64,000 bases of DNA, taken from Anaerolineales bacterium (GTDB lineage: Bacteria; Chloroflexota; Anaerolineae; Anaerolineales; UBA11858). Location of the stretch: positions 59,837-123,836 of the forward strand of contig JAWLER010000002.1 in NCBI GenBank assembly GCA_041686005.1. Reading direction: 5' to 3'. Below, in pieces: positions 1 to 9,820 of this stretch (positions are counted from its first letter, which is position 1; each line of letters begins with the position of its first letter). Below the pieces are notes generated by a model. It saw nothing but the letters and a program-made list of their open reading frames with translations, did no database searches and had not been told where the DNA came from. The translations under genes were made by a program, and so were the position numbers.

Positions 1-1532
1 ACCGGAGGGAGTTCCGCCATCTGGATTTCCTTTTCCAAAGGTTGGTAGCGGTGGACAGGGGTGGGGGAAGGGGATTTGGCGATTTGCTCTTCGATGGTGT
101 CTTTATGGGCCAGGATGCGTTCGGGCAGGGAGAGCGGCGTCCATTCCCCTTGGGCGGCTTTGTACGTGCTGGTCACATTGGGGGTGGCGGACCCCATGAT
201 GCAGGTGATGTCCATGAGTTGGGCATACGCGGCAGCCGTGGTCGCTGCGTGGTAAAACGGGGGTGTCTCCGCCTGGTAATAGGAATCGTCGTGGCACTCA
301 TCGACGACGATCAATCCAATATCTGGGAAAGGGGTGAAGAGGGCGCTGCGGGGACCCACCACCACGGCGATGTCCCCCCTTCTTGCCAGGCGCCAGGTAT
401 CATAGCGCTCGCCGGGCGAGAGTTCGGAATGCAGGACCCCGACTTGATCGGGGAAACGGCGGAAAAAGCGTCCCACCGTTTGCGGGGTGAGAGCGATCTC
501 CGGGACGAGGATGATGGCTTGTTTTCCCTTTTCGATGACCTGATCCACCGCCCGGAGGTAGATCTCCGTTTTTCCCGATCCGGTGACCCCGTAGAGCAAA
601 AAGACATGGGAGGCGTGCTCTTGGAGCGCTTCCTCAATCTCTTTCCAAACATCGCTTTGGGCCTGAGTCAGGGTCAGGGATTGCGGTTTTTTGGGGCTGA
701 GGTCCTCAAGAGGGTCGCGAAGCACAGTTTCTTTGGAGATGGTGAGGAGATCTCTTTTCTCCAACTGACGGAGGTCGCTGAGGTTGCTCCCCGTCTCGGC
801 GTAGATATCAGAGACGTTGACAGGGCCGTCCCGGTCCATGAGCAGGCGCAGGATCGCCTGGCGCCTGTGCAGGGCATCAGGGTAGCCTTCTTGGGCCAGG
901 CTGTCCATGTGTTGGCTGATTTCTTCGGCGGAAGAGGTGAGGGTGACGAAGCGTTCTTTTTTGGGCCGCACACTGGGCGATTCCAGCACGGAGGTGCTCT
1001 CGATCACATCGCGGCGTTCCAAGGCCCCCGCCGTCTGGCGCCAGCGTTTGTGCGGCAGCGCGCGGTCGATCTGGCGCCCCCGCAGCGGGCCGCGTTCGAT
1101 GAGCAGGTCCACAAAGCGGCGTTGGGCTTCGGTGAGTTCCTCATAGACCGGTTCGTTTCTTTCCAGTCGATCTTGGCTGGTCTGGGTGAAGCGGTACAGC
1201 GTATCCGCTTTCACACTCAGACCGCTGGGCAGCATGGCATGAAGGGTGATCCCGAGCGGGGAAAGCGTCTCTTCTGAGATATGCTTGGCGAGTTGTATTT
1301 GGTGGGGGGTGACCACAGGCTGGCGGTCGAGGATTTCTTGGATGGGCTTGGTACGGGGTACCTCGGGTTGATCCACAAATCCCAGGACGATGCCCTGGAC
1401 CCTTTGCGAGCCAAAAGGGACGATGACCAGCTGCCCTTTTTCCACCCTTCCTCTGAGACCAGGTGGGAGATGGTAATGGTAAGTCCCGTGGACGTGAGGG
1501 ACATTGACAGCGATATCGACGTATTGGGTCAT
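1..1532 (-). CDS. priA: Primosomal protein N' (helicase), 3' end runs off the window
   Basis: Open frame from ATG at 1532 (MTQYVDIAVNVPHVHGTYHY...) to the window edge; Walker A YGVTGSGKTEIY, LVPEIALTPQ, VGTRSALF-like and IVVDECHD motifs. Missing from the ORF track because it has no stop in the window. Confidence 0.93.
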   Translation of the reverse strand, partial: MTQYVDIAVNVPHVHGTYHYHLPPGLRGRVEKGQLVIVPFGSQRVQGIVLGFVDQPEVPRTKPIQEILDRQPVVTPHQIQLAKHISEETLSPLGITLHAMLPSGLSVKADTLYRFTQTSQDRLERNEPVYEELTEAQRRFVDLLIERGPLRGRQIDRALPHKRWRQTAGALERRDVIESTSVLESPSVRPKKERFVTLTSSAEEISQHMDSLAQEGYPDALHRRQAILRLLMDRDGPVNVSDIYAETGSNLSDLRQLEKRDLLTISKETVLRDPLEDLSPKKPQSLTLTQAQSDVWKEIEEALQEHASHVFLLYGVTGSGKTEIYLRAVDQVIEKGKQAIILVPEIALTPQTVGRFFRRFPDQVGVLHSELSPGERYDTWRLARRGDIAVVVGPRSALFTPFPDIGLIVVDECHDDSYYQAETPPFYHAATTAAAYAQLMDITCIMGSATPNVTSTYKAAQGEWTPLSLPERILAHKDTIEEQIAKSPSPTPVHRYQPLEKEIQMAELPP

Positions 1533-1557
1533 GATCGGTTTGAGTGGGGAAAAGGGG

Positions 1558-2400
1558 TCAGTCCTTTGTCAGCACAGCGGCCTCATAGCCGACCACGCGA
1601 GCGTTGTCGCCGGTGACTTCCCCAGAGTGCCCATGTTTCAGGTGATGGGCTTGATTTGCACCTAATTGTTTTCCAGCCCAAATCACTGCAGCCAGCCCCC
1701 CTTTGCCGCAAGCGAAACCCTCTTTTTTTCGCTCCGCTTCGTAGATCGCCTCCGGGTCCAAATCCAGGATGGCATCGATAATGGTCTGATCCAGCTGGCG
1801 GGCTTTTTCCGCGGAGTAAAAATGGGATAAATCCGTGCTGGCCACCAGTAGCCCCTCCCGGCTGGCAAGCAGTTCCCCCAAGGCTTCGCTCAGATTACGC
1901 ATCAATCCTTGATCCTGGTCCCGGATCATGAGCGGGAGAAGGGTGAATGCCGTGGGGATCACCCGCTGCAAAAAGGGGAGCTCGATCTCAACGGAGTGCT
2001 CGGTGTCGTTTTTGACGGAGGAGATATCCACCCCGCTCTTTTCTTGGAAGGCCTGCTTGACGAATGCTAGCGCTTCATGGTCCACGGGGACATCGCCAAG
2101 CGGGGTGTGGTAGGCATCATGCCCCGAGGTCAGGATGGGTTCGGAATACGGTTGGTGCATGGGAGAGGTGATGACGACCAACTCCGGTTTCAATCCCTGC
2201 AGGGCTGCAAACGCGTACCCTGCGACGGGGCCCGAATAGCGGTGACCGGCGTGGGGGGTGACGACGGCGAGGATCTCGCCGGGGATCTCTGGAAGATCTG
2301 CCTGAGACAAATACCCGTCGATGGAATCCGCCAATACCTCAGGATCAGCCGGGTACCACTGTCCGGCGAGCGGCGATGGTCGTATGTCGGTGGTGGTCAT
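1558..2400 (-). CDS. amrB: AmmeMemoRadiSam system protein B (MEMO1 family)
   Basis: IRPSPLAGQWYP, PHAGHRYSG, EHSVEIELPFLQ, ASTDLSHF, ACG and VVGY motifs; ATG 2400 with AAGGA RBS. Confidence 0.88.
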   Translation of the reverse strand: MTTTDIRPSPLAGQWYPADPEVLADSIDGYLSQADLPEIPGEILAVVTPHAGHRYSGPVAGYAFAALQGLKPELVVITSPMHQPYSEPILTSGHDAYHTPLGDVPVDHEALAFVKQAFQEKSGVDISSVKNDTEHSVEIELPFLQRVIPTAFTLLPLMIRDQDQGLMRNLSEALGELLASREGLLVASTDLSHFYSAEKARQLDQTIIDAILDLDPEAIYEAERKKEGFACGKGGLAAVIWAGKQLGANQAHHLKHGHSGEVTGDNARVVGYEAAVLTKD

Positions 2401-2577
2401 AGCTGTTGTCCTTTGATAATCTCTCTTCGATTTGATTGTAGCACAGGTGGATAATTTCTTTGAGCGACAGCACTTCATGCCCTATCGCATGTATTGGCTC
2501 TCCTCCCCGGGATGATGCCCATCCCCCCTTGTGATATACTATTTTGGAATATTTTGGACAGTCTTGAGGCTTTGACG

Positions 2578-2820
2578 ATGGCGCAGGTGCGCATCGAATA
2601 TTGTGCCGTTTGAAACTATCTCCCGCGCGCCCTCAGTGTGACGGGCGATCTTTTTGATGCCTATGAGGATCGGATCGATGCCCTGACCCTCGTCCCTTCT
2701 AGCGGGGGTATCTTTGATGTGCATGTGGATGAAGAGTTGCTGTACTCCAAATCGGAAACAGGGCGTTTTCCTGAGGAGGGGGAAATGATCGATCTGTTTG
2801 ACAAATTTATGGAGGAGTAG
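2578..2820 (+). CDS. SelT/SelW/SelH (Rdx) family selenoprotein, in-frame UGA=Sec at 2611-2613
   Basis: MAQVRIEYCAV-UGA-NYLPRA... continues in frame into the listed ORF 2638..2820 (LVPSSGGIFDVHVDEELLYSK...GRFP); CxxU motif; hairpin 3' of the UGA. Confidence 0.9.
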
Positions 2821-2826
2821 AGAATT

Positions 2827-3837
2827 GTGACGGATGAAAAGAATGGACGCGTTTTCTCCGGAGCGCGGCCTACCGGGCGCCAGCATCTAGGAAATTATCT
2901 GGGTGCTATCCAGAACTACGTGGCCTTGCAAGAAGAATACGAGAGCATCTACTGCATCGTCGATGTCCACGCCTTGACCACGGAGGAAACCACGCGGGAC
3001 TTGAAACGGAACACGGTCGAGATGGCTTTGGACTGGTTGGCTGCCGGCATGGACCCCCAAAAAAGCATCATCTTCGTTCAATCCCACGTGCCGGAGGTGA
3101 TGGAGTTTCACACCATCCTGTCCATGGTCACCCCCTTGGGGAAATTAACCGCGCTTCCCACCTTTAAAGAGAAGGTGCGTGAAAACCCCGATAACGTCAA
3201 TTACGGTCTGGTCGGGTACCCCGTCCTGATGGCGGCGGACATCCTGCTCTATAAAGCGACCACGGTCCCGGTGGGGGTGGATCAAATCCCCCATGTGGAA
3301 TTTGCCCGCGAAGTGGTGCGGTCTTTCCACCACCGCTATGAGACGGATATCCTGGTCGAGCCGGCATCCAAAGTGACCCGGATCCCGAAGGTGCTGGGGA
3401 TTGACGGGCAGCGGAAGATGAGCAAAAGTCTGGACAATCACATCGAGCTGGCAGCCTCGCCGGAGCGCACCAAAGAGCGGGTGATGGAAATGGTCACCGA
3501 TCCCCAGCGCATGCGGCTCTCCGATCCTGGGGACCCGGACGTGTGCAATGTCTTCACGCTGCATAAAATCTTCTCCAGCGAGGAAGATGTGGAGGAAATC
3601 AACCGGGCTTGCCGGGAGGCAAATATCGGTTGCGTGGAATGCAAACAGCGCTTTGCGAAATCCCTCAATGAGCATCTGGCTCCTTTCCGGTCCCGGAGGG
3701 ATGAGATAGAGAAGGATCCGGATTTCATCCGCGATGTGCTTGCGGAGGGGGCGAAACGGGCTCAAACCATCGCTGCGGCGACCATGGAAGAGGTCCGGTC
3801 CGCGGTGGGGTTTTATGAACGGGGTGGATCATCATGA
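2827..3837 (+). CDS. trpS: Tryptophan--tRNA ligase
   Basis: SGARPTGRQHLGNY (HIGH-like), YPVLMAADIL, VPVGVDQ, KMSKS. Confidence 0.96.
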   Translation: MTDEKNGRVFSGARPTGRQHLGNYLGAIQNYVALQEEYESIYCIVDVHALTTEETTRDLKRNTVEMALDWLAAGMDPQKSIIFVQSHVPEVMEFHTILSMVTPLGKLTALPTFKEKVRENPDNVNYGLVGYPVLMAADILLYKATTVPVGVDQIPHVEFAREVVRSFHHRYETDILVEPASKVTRIPKVLGIDGQRKMSKSLDNHIELAASPERTKERVMEMVTDPQRMRLSDPGDPDVCNVFTLHKIFSSEEDVEEINRACREANIGCVECKQRFAKSLNEHLAPFRSRRDEIEKDPDFIRDVLAEGAKRAQTIAAATMEEVRSAVGFYERGGSS

Positions 3838-4271
3838 AGGCCGTCGTCCAGCTTGTCAAGAAAGGGAGCGTCCGTGTCGAGGGGGAAGTGATCTCCAAGA
3901 TCTCCCGGGGAGTGGTGGTCCTCTTGGGGGTGGGTCCGGAAGACGAGGAGCGGAATGCCCGTGAGTTGGCGGAAACGATCGCCAAACTGCGCATTTTACC
4001 GGACAGAGATGGGAAAATGAACCTTTCCCTTTTAGATGTGGGCGCTGAAGCCCTGGTTGTGCCCCAATTCACCCTCTATGCGGACACAAGCAAAGGGAAC
4101 CGGCCCTCCTTTACGGATGCTGCCCCGCCGTCCCTCGCCCGTCCGTTGGTGGACCATTTTGTCCGCGAATTATCAGCTTGGGGCGTGCCTACCAAAAGTG
4201 GTCAATTCGGGGCTCATATGCTGGTTGAAATCCACAATGATGGACCGGTGACGATCACCCTGGAAAGTTAA
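3834..4271 (+). CDS. dtd: D-aminoacyl-tRNA deacylase
   Basis: MKAVVQ, PQFTLYAD..KGNRPSF, NDGPVT. Confidence 0.95.
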   Translation: MKAVVQLVKKGSVRVEGEVISKISRGVVVLLGVGPEDEERNARELAETIAKLRILPDRDGKMNLSLLDVGAEALVVPQFTLYADTSKGNRPSFTDAAPPSLARPLVDHFVRELSAWGVPTKSGQFGAHMLVEIHNDGPVTITLES

Positions 4272-4278
4272 TCGCAGG

Positions 4279-4941
4279 ATGGGGGAGAGAAAGGCTGAGG
4301 AGGGTCCCAAAGGCATGGAAGAGCGCACCAATCAAGAATGGCTGGAGGATTTACAGGGACCACACAAGGATCAAGCCATTGCGGACTTACGGGAATTCCT
4401 CATCGAAGGGCTGGGTTATGCATTGGGGAATCACCATCGCGAAAATATGGATGTGTTGATCGAGGATTTTGTCCAGGAAGCGTTGATCAAGATTTTGGAT
4501 AACCTGGATACCTTCCGGGGGGACAGTAAATTAACCACCTGGGCTCAAAAAATCGCCGTCCGCGTGGCGTTTTCCGAGCTGCGCAGGAAACGTTGGGAGG
4601 ATGTGTCCATCGAACAATTTGTCCCTGAAGAAAGCGGTGTGGATTTCACCCCGGCGATTCTGACCGATACGAAGCCCACCCCTGAAGAAATGACCACCCG
4701 GGACAGGATGGTCAGAATCATCCTGCAAAAAGTGGATCAGGAACTTACGGAACGGCAGCGAAAAGCCATCTATGCCGTGATATTGGGGGGCATGCCCATG
4801 CAGGAAGTCGCGGAACAAATGGGGACGAATCGGAATGCGCTGTACAAACTGATCTATGACGCCAGAAAAAACCTGAAGGAATCCTTGCTGCGGGAGGGCC
4901 TGACACCGGAGGAGATGTTGGCGACGTTTAAGGATGGGTAA
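4279..4941 (+). CDS. ECF-type RNA polymerase sigma-70 factor
   Basis: EDFVQEALIKI...FRGDSKLTTWA (region 2) and C-terminal HTH (EVAEQMGTNRNALYKLIYDARKNLK); alternative start 4315. Confidence 0.85.
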   Translation: MGERKAEEGPKGMEERTNQEWLEDLQGPHKDQAIADLREFLIEGLGYALGNHHRENMDVLIEDFVQEALIKILDNLDTFRGDSKLTTWAQKIAVRVAFSELRRKRWEDVSIEQFVPEESGVDFTPAILTDTKPTPEEMTTRDRMVRIILQKVDQELTERQRKAIYAVILGGMPMQEVAEQMGTNRNALYKLIYDARKNLKESLLREGLTPEEMLATFKDG

Positions 4942-4982
4942 GAGATTGCGTCCTTATTCCGTCAGTATGGCAGGAGATGATT

Positions 4983-5225
4983 ATGGAGAGGATTGATCAA
5001 GACGCGATGTACAAAATGGTCCGGGCCATAGCCGACGTTCGGAACCGAGAAATTGGGTGTGATGATTGCTTTGAACAAGTTGATCGATTTGTGGAACTGG
5101 AATTGGCAGGGGAGAGCCCTGGGGATGTCCTGCCCCTGGTGAAAGAGCATCTGGATCGCTGCCAGAACTGTCGGGAAGAATATGAGGCATTGTTGGTCGC
5201 GGTCAAAGCGATGTCAGGGAAGTGA
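4983..5225 (+). CDS. Zinc-finger (zf-HC2/ZAS) anti-sigma-like small protein
   Basis: CDDC plus HLDRCQNC (HxxxCxxC), directly after the ECF sigma; AGGAG RBS. Confidence 0.75.
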   Translation: MERIDQDAMYKMVRAIADVRNREIGCDDCFEQVDRFVELELAGESPGDVLPLVKEHLDRCQNCREEYEALLVAVKAMSGK

Positions 5226-5241
5226 GGATGGGAAAAAGATC

Positions 5242-6441
5242 ATGAACGAAGAGATGGATACGATTGTTGTCTATGGGACAACCTGGTGTCTGGATTGCAA
5301 ACGGGCGAAGCAGTTTTTTGGGGACCAGCGTATTGCATACCGTTGGGTGGATATCGAAGAGGATCCAGAGGCTCTGGCGCGTATGGAAGAGATCAACGGC
5401 GGTAAACGGATTGTGCCCACAATCCTGTTCCCTGATGGGGACCATCTCGTTGAACCCTCCAATGCGGAACTGGCTGAAAAACTGGGCATCACCAGGGAAG
5501 CGGAACATACCTATTATGATGTGATTATTGTGGGCGCCGGGCCGGCGGGTTTGACAGCCGGGATGTATACAGCCCGGGAGGGGCTGGATACGTTGATCAT
5601 TGAGAAAGGTGCGCCTGGAGGGCAGGCGGGGGTGACCCAGGTCATCGATAATTTTCCAGGTTTCGATAAGGGCATTTCCGGCGAAGAATTTGCTGAAAGG
5701 TTGACGAATCAAGCGGAACGATTTGGCGTGGAAATCCTGCAAGCCCAAACCGTGACGGAGATCCGCCTGAATGGGCAATATCGCGAAGTGCTGACAGCGG
5801 ATGGAAGCTGTTACGCTGGCAAAGCGGTGCTTCTCTCCACCGGTGCCCGGTATCGGCGTCTGGATGTCCCCGGGGAAAGCGAGTTGATTGGCACGAATAT
5901 CCACTTTTGCGCCACATGTGACGGCGCGTTTTACAAAGGGGATGAGGTGTTTGTGATCGGCGGGGGGAACAGCGGCTTGGAAGAAGGCCTTTTCCTGACC
6001 AAATTTGCAGAGCGGGTCACCATTGTCGAACGAGAGGACCGATTGGGGGCTTCCCAAATCTTGCAAGAAAAGGTGAAGCAGCGGGAAGATATGGATATCC
6101 TGCTCAACCATACCGTAGAGGAATTCAAGGAAGCGGATGGGAAATTGGAGGGGGTGATCCTCAAAAACCGGGTGACAGGTGAGACCAAGGCATATCATCC
6201 CGATGGGGTGTTTGTTTTCATCGGGTTGGAACCTAACAGCGATTTTTTACCGGAGGGCATCGAACGGAAACAGCAGGGGTTTGTGGTCACGGATTCCACA
6301 TTACAGAGCACCATGAGGGGGGTATTCGCGGCGGGTGACGTCCGGGAAGGGGCAACAGCTCAGGCGGCGTCTGCAGCTGGAGAAGGTGCGACCGCGGCTT
6401 TGATGATCCGGCAATTCTTAGAGTCCATTGGCGAGAAATGA
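5242..6441 (+). CDS. Glutaredoxin/mycoredoxin-like domain fused to thioredoxin reductase
   Basis: N-terminal YGTTWCLDC...VPTI redoxin; then GAGPAG, HFCATCDG, IGGGNSG and FAAGDVR of TrxB. Confidence 0.88.
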   Translation: MNEEMDTIVVYGTTWCLDCKRAKQFFGDQRIAYRWVDIEEDPEALARMEEINGGKRIVPTILFPDGDHLVEPSNAELAEKLGITREAEHTYYDVIIVGAGPAGLTAGMYTAREGLDTLIIEKGAPGGQAGVTQVIDNFPGFDKGISGEEFAERLTNQAERFGVEILQAQTVTEIRLNGQYREVLTADGSCYAGKAVLLSTGARYRRLDVPGESELIGTNIHFCATCDGAFYKGDEVFVIGGGNSGLEEGLFLTKFAERVTIVEREDRLGASQILQEKVKQREDMDILLNHTVEEFKEADGKLEGVILKNRVTGETKAYHPDGVFVFIGLEPNSDFLPEGIERKQQGFVVTDSTLQSTMRGVFAAGDVREGATAQAASAAGEGATAALMIRQFLESIGEK

Positions 6442-7160
6442 ACGAGCGCATTCCCATCCTGACAGTGGAACAGATGCGGGAAGTGGATCGCTTGATGGTG
6501 GAGACCTTTGGGATCCAATTAACCCAGATGATGGAAAACGCGGGGCACGGTTTGGCTGCCCTGGCCCGGGATCGTTTTTTAAGTGGGGATCCACGAGGGT
6601 CCCGGGTGCTGATCTTGGCCGGGAGCGGTGGGAATGGCGGGGGCGGGTTGGTAGCGGGACGCCGGCTCCACACTTGGGGCGCGGAGGTCATCATCTTCCT
6701 GTCCCGAAAGCCGGAGGAGATGGACGGCGTTCCCGCCCAGCAGCTGTCGATTTTGCAAGCCATGGAGGGGGTCGGTATCATCCCCCCAGGGGGTGATCAG
6801 AGTTTTCCACAGGCTGATCTGATTTTGGATGCCTTGATCGGCTACAGTTTAAAGGGCGCTCCCCGGGGAGCGACGGCGCGTTTGATCGAGCGCGCCACGG
6901 ATCACAAGGCGTCCATCCTCAGTTTGGACGTGCCTACTGGGGTCGAGGCGGGGACGGGAACGGTTCACACACCCCATATCAGGGCTGATGCGACCCTGAC
7001 CCTGGCGCTGCCTAAAAGGGGGCTTTTCGTGGAAGAAACCTGCCCCTGCGTGGGAGAATTGTATCTGGCGGATATCGGTGTCCCGCCAGAGCTTTACGGG
7101 AGGATGGGCATTTCTGTAGGGCCGATCTTTGCAGAACAGGATTTAATGCGCCTATATTAG
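6438..7160 (+). CDS. nnrE: NAD(P)H-hydrate epimerase (YjeF_N)
   Basis: MMENAG, GSGGNGGGG, DALIGYSL, SLDVPTG, ADIGVP. Confidence 0.85.
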   Translation: MNERIPILTVEQMREVDRLMVETFGIQLTQMMENAGHGLAALARDRFLSGDPRGSRVLILAGSGGNGGGGLVAGRRLHTWGAEVIIFLSRKPEEMDGVPAQQLSILQAMEGVGIIPPGGDQSFPQADLILDALIGYSLKGAPRGATARLIERATDHKASILSLDVPTGVEAGTGTVHTPHIRADATLTLALPKRGLFVEETCPCVGELYLADIGVPPELYGRMGISVGPIFAEQDLMRLY

Positions 7161-7250
7161 GTAGGGTGTCTTCGAACATAACTGTGGATCGGACTTTTTC
7201 ATCGCTGGGACGAGGCAGGGGTCATTTTTAACCCCTCCAAGAATGGGTCC

Positions 7251-8381
7251 TTACTTTTCCTTTTGCAGATAACGGTCCCAAATTTCCAGGGCTGGCTTCG
7301 AGGTTCCATCCACTCCCATGAGTCCAATGGTGGCAAATTGGCTCAGGGTCTGGGTGTCCTCTTCCGGCATCCCTTGCTCCCGCAGCATCTCGGCGGTGTG
7401 GTCCATATTGAGGTCGCTGAGGATGAGGTAAACCCAAAACGCCAATCGCTCTCCCAATTGGTTGTGGACGGTTTGCAAATACGCGGCCTGGTCGCCGGGG
7501 TCCCGGCTGGACGTAAAGCCTCCCTCCGCTACTGCGAGGGGTTTATCCGTCGCTTCGCTGAGACGCGTATAGTAATCAGCCGGGATCTCCTCCCCATGCT
7601 GGTATACGAAATACGGGTAGGAGGAGATGACCCATAGATCTAAGTAGGGTTCAAAAGCTTCCACCTGGTCCCAGTTTGTTTGGTAAGCGGGGCGGCTTTC
7701 TGACGCGCCGGGGAACATGTTGTTGAGGTCGTCCCACTGGAAAGTGACGAAGATTTGTGTATCAGGAGATCTCGCCTTCACCTCATCATACACCTCCCTG
7801 TATAAGCTGAGGTAATGCTCGCTGTCCGCGGGGTGGGCATCCATATAGGTATTGATCTCGGATGCCAAGCCCAGATAACGGGGCTCGAATTCATCCACGA
7901 TCCAGATGGTGAAATGCTCGAATGCATTTCGCACGTCGGGGTTGGCGAAATTCGCTTCCCAGCCCTCGGGAAGCCCTTTGAATTCCCGACGGTTAAGGCC
8001 GTTTAGGGGGTCGACTACGAAAACCCATTCCAGGTCATGCATCTTCGCCAGCAGGACCTGGTTCTTCAGGTCCGTCCGGCTCTGCGAGTCCCCTTGCGGT
8101 CCCTCGGCGAAGTCCAGCCAGGGGATGTTGGGTTGAATGAGGATGAAATCTGCGTGCTCTCCCAGATTGGAAAAGTGTTGCAGGACGCTCTCCTCCGTGG
8201 CATTGGGAGGGCTGGGGAAGAACCCGTAAGCGGTCTCCCCCGTTTCAAATATGGAGGTGGGGGAGACGTTCTTTTCAGGGGTGGTCTCTAAGGGGGTCAG
8301 GGGGGGATTGGCGGTCCTCTCCCCACACGCCAAGGAAGCCAGGAATAGCAGGAGAATGGGCAGGAAGATGCGGCGTTTCAT
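7251..8381 (-). CDS. Lipoprotein with putative glycoside-hydrolase-like TIM barrel
   Basis: Lipobox LASLAC; ASEIN and VAEGG (clan GH-A-like Glu positions), SSYPY; ATG 8381. Confidence 0.55.
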   Translation of the reverse strand: MKRRIFLPILLLFLASLACGERTANPPLTPLETTPEKNVSPTSIFETGETAYGFFPSPPNATEESVLQHFSNLGEHADFILIQPNIPWLDFAEGPQGDSQSRTDLKNQVLLAKMHDLEWVFVVDPLNGLNRREFKGLPEGWEANFANPDVRNAFEHFTIWIVDEFEPRYLGLASEINTYMDAHPADSEHYLSLYREVYDEVKARSPDTQIFVTFQWDDLNNMFPGASESRPAYQTNWDQVEAFEPYLDLWVISSYPYFVYQHGEEIPADYYTRLSEATDKPLAVAEGGFTSSRDPGDQAAYLQTVHNQLGERLAFWVYLILSDLNMDHTAEMLREQGMPEEDTQTLSQFATIGLMGVDGTSKPALEIWDRYLQKEK

Positions 8382-8594
8382 GGGTGTCCCTTTGGGTCGG
8401 ATTCCAAGTAAATACGAACGTTCGGTGATGCCTGTCAACCGTATCGGGGTTGATTATAGTCGCTCTGTGGCTTTGTATGCGATCCTCTGTTTGCCCCATA
8501 TCCCTTGTGAGTGGCTGGGGGGAGGGTCCCAGCATCCGGGAATGTAAGAATTTGTTAGCTGATTAAGGCATTTGAAAGTGTTAAAATGTACCGT

Positions 8595-9590
8595 ATGATA
8601 GCGGCGCGTTCTGGAGTCATTGACCGGGAATCGAAGCAGATCAGACCCTTTGATGTGCGGTCAGATTTATTAGCGGTTTCCGACTTGGTGGAGTTATGTT
8701 TCGCGGAGCGTTTATCCAGGGATGGGAAAGCGCTTCTGCGAAAGATGCGCAGATCTGCCCGCAGCAAACGCTTCCAACGCTGGGCGCATCACGTTGCCGG
8801 TCGGGTTTCCATGCCCTTTACGGGCTTCGTTTGGGAGGAAGGAGGCGAGGTGGTGGGCAATCTCAGCCTCATCCCCTATCATCTATCAGAGGGGGATTTC
8901 TATATGATAGCCAACGTTGCTGTCCACCCTGATTTTCAACGAAGGGGGATCGGGCGGGCGTTGGTGCGCCGGGCGCTGCACTTTTTGGAACCCCGCAATT
9001 TAGATGGCATTTGGCTGCAGGTGGACGAAGGCAATCTGGCTGCGGTTCGGTTGTACCAACAAGAGGGATTTGATGAGCAAACACGACGCACCACCTGGTT
9101 TTTGGAACCGGAGGGGATCATCAGGGATGGTCGCTGGCATGAAACGTCCCGTATGGCTGTGCACAGACGACAGGCAGGACATTGGGAAAAGCAAAAGCAG
9201 TGGTTGGAAGAAACCTATCCAGCGTGGGTGAGGTGGCACCTGCCCCTTAAAATTCCATACCTCCGGGGAGGGATCCTGGGCATGCTCACGCGCGCTTTCT
9301 ATGTCGAACCGGAAGTCCGGCAGTGGTCGGTTTCCACCAAAGAGGAGTTGATCGGGGTGTTAAGCTGGCAAGCTTCCAAACGCCATTCGGATTGGTTGTG
9401 GTTGGCCGCGCCGCCTGGAAAAGAGCCCATGGTCCTGGACGCTTTTTTTTCAACCAACGCACATTCGTTTCGCCGCAGGGTGAGACTTGATTATCCGGCC
9501 GGGAGGGCAAATCAAAGCCTGGAAGCATGTGGTTTTTCCCTGTCAAGGACCTTAATATGGATGAAGCACAGCGGGGGGTTGCGTGAATGA
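8595..9590 (+). CDS. GNAT family N-acetyltransferase
   Basis: IANVAVHPDFQRRGIGRAL, N..AVRLY..EGF; probable leaderless start 7 nt after TGnTAAAAT. Confidence 0.8.
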   Translation: MIAARSGVIDRESKQIRPFDVRSDLLAVSDLVELCFAERLSRDGKALLRKMRRSARSKRFQRWAHHVAGRVSMPFTGFVWEEGGEVVGNLSLIPYHLSEGDFYMIANVAVHPDFQRRGIGRALVRRALHFLEPRNLDGIWLQVDEGNLAAVRLYQQEGFDEQTRRTTWFLEPEGIIRDGRWHETSRMAVHRRQAGHWEKQKQWLEETYPAWVRWHLPLKIPYLRGGILGMLTRAFYVEPEVRQWSVSTKEELIGVLSWQASKRHSDWLWLAAPPGKEPMVLDAFFSTNAHSFRRRVRLDYPAGRANQSLEACGFSLSRTLIWMKHSGGLRE

Positions 9591-9662
9591 TGTGGGATCC
9601 GCTGGTACGGTGATTCGTTTCCATACACAGCATTTTGAGGGAGATCGATTTTTCACCGCTGG

Positions 9663-9691
9663 TTGACTTTCTTTTCAATCCAGCGTATACT
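9663..9691 (+). promoter_or_regulatory. Sigma70-type promoter for the leader/SWIM gene
   Basis: TTGACT(9663-9668)-17 nt-TATACT(9686-9691). Confidence 0.75.
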
Positions 9692-9717
9692 AGAAATAGG
9701 TTGGAGGGAAAGCCATT

Positions 9718-9804
9718 ATGCGATTCGAAAACTCCAAAAGAATAGATGTCCTGGTAAGCAAAGCACGCATTCTGAAGCCGCGTGCTTTTTCTTTTTTTGT
9801 CTAA
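9718..9804 (+). CDS. Putative 28-aa leader peptide MRFENSKRIDVLVSKARILKPRAFSFFV
   Basis: GGAGG RBS upstream; the ORF runs through the terminator hairpin at 9760-9798. Confidence 0.45.
   Translation: MRFENSKRIDVLVSKARILKPRAFSFFV
9760..9798 (+). terminator. Intrinsic terminator/attenuator in the 5' leader of the SWIM gene
   Basis: AAAGCACGC/GCGTGCTTT stem followed by TTCTTTTTTT. Confidence 0.65.
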
Positions 9805-9820
9805 CCCTGGAGGTGAAAGC

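Noticed and set aside
42..1277. 411-aa plus-strand ORF
   Set aside because: Antisense shadow of priA, whose motifs are on the minus strand. The same applies to other long antisense ORFs such as 5203..6198, 38974..39900 and 58775..59770.
2480..2826. T-box leader for trpS
   Set aside because: The region is occupied by the Rdx selenoprotein gene and shows no T-box motif or terminator.
8414..8423. CGAACGTTCG palindrome as a LexA box
   Set aside because: No 4-nt spacer between the half-sites.
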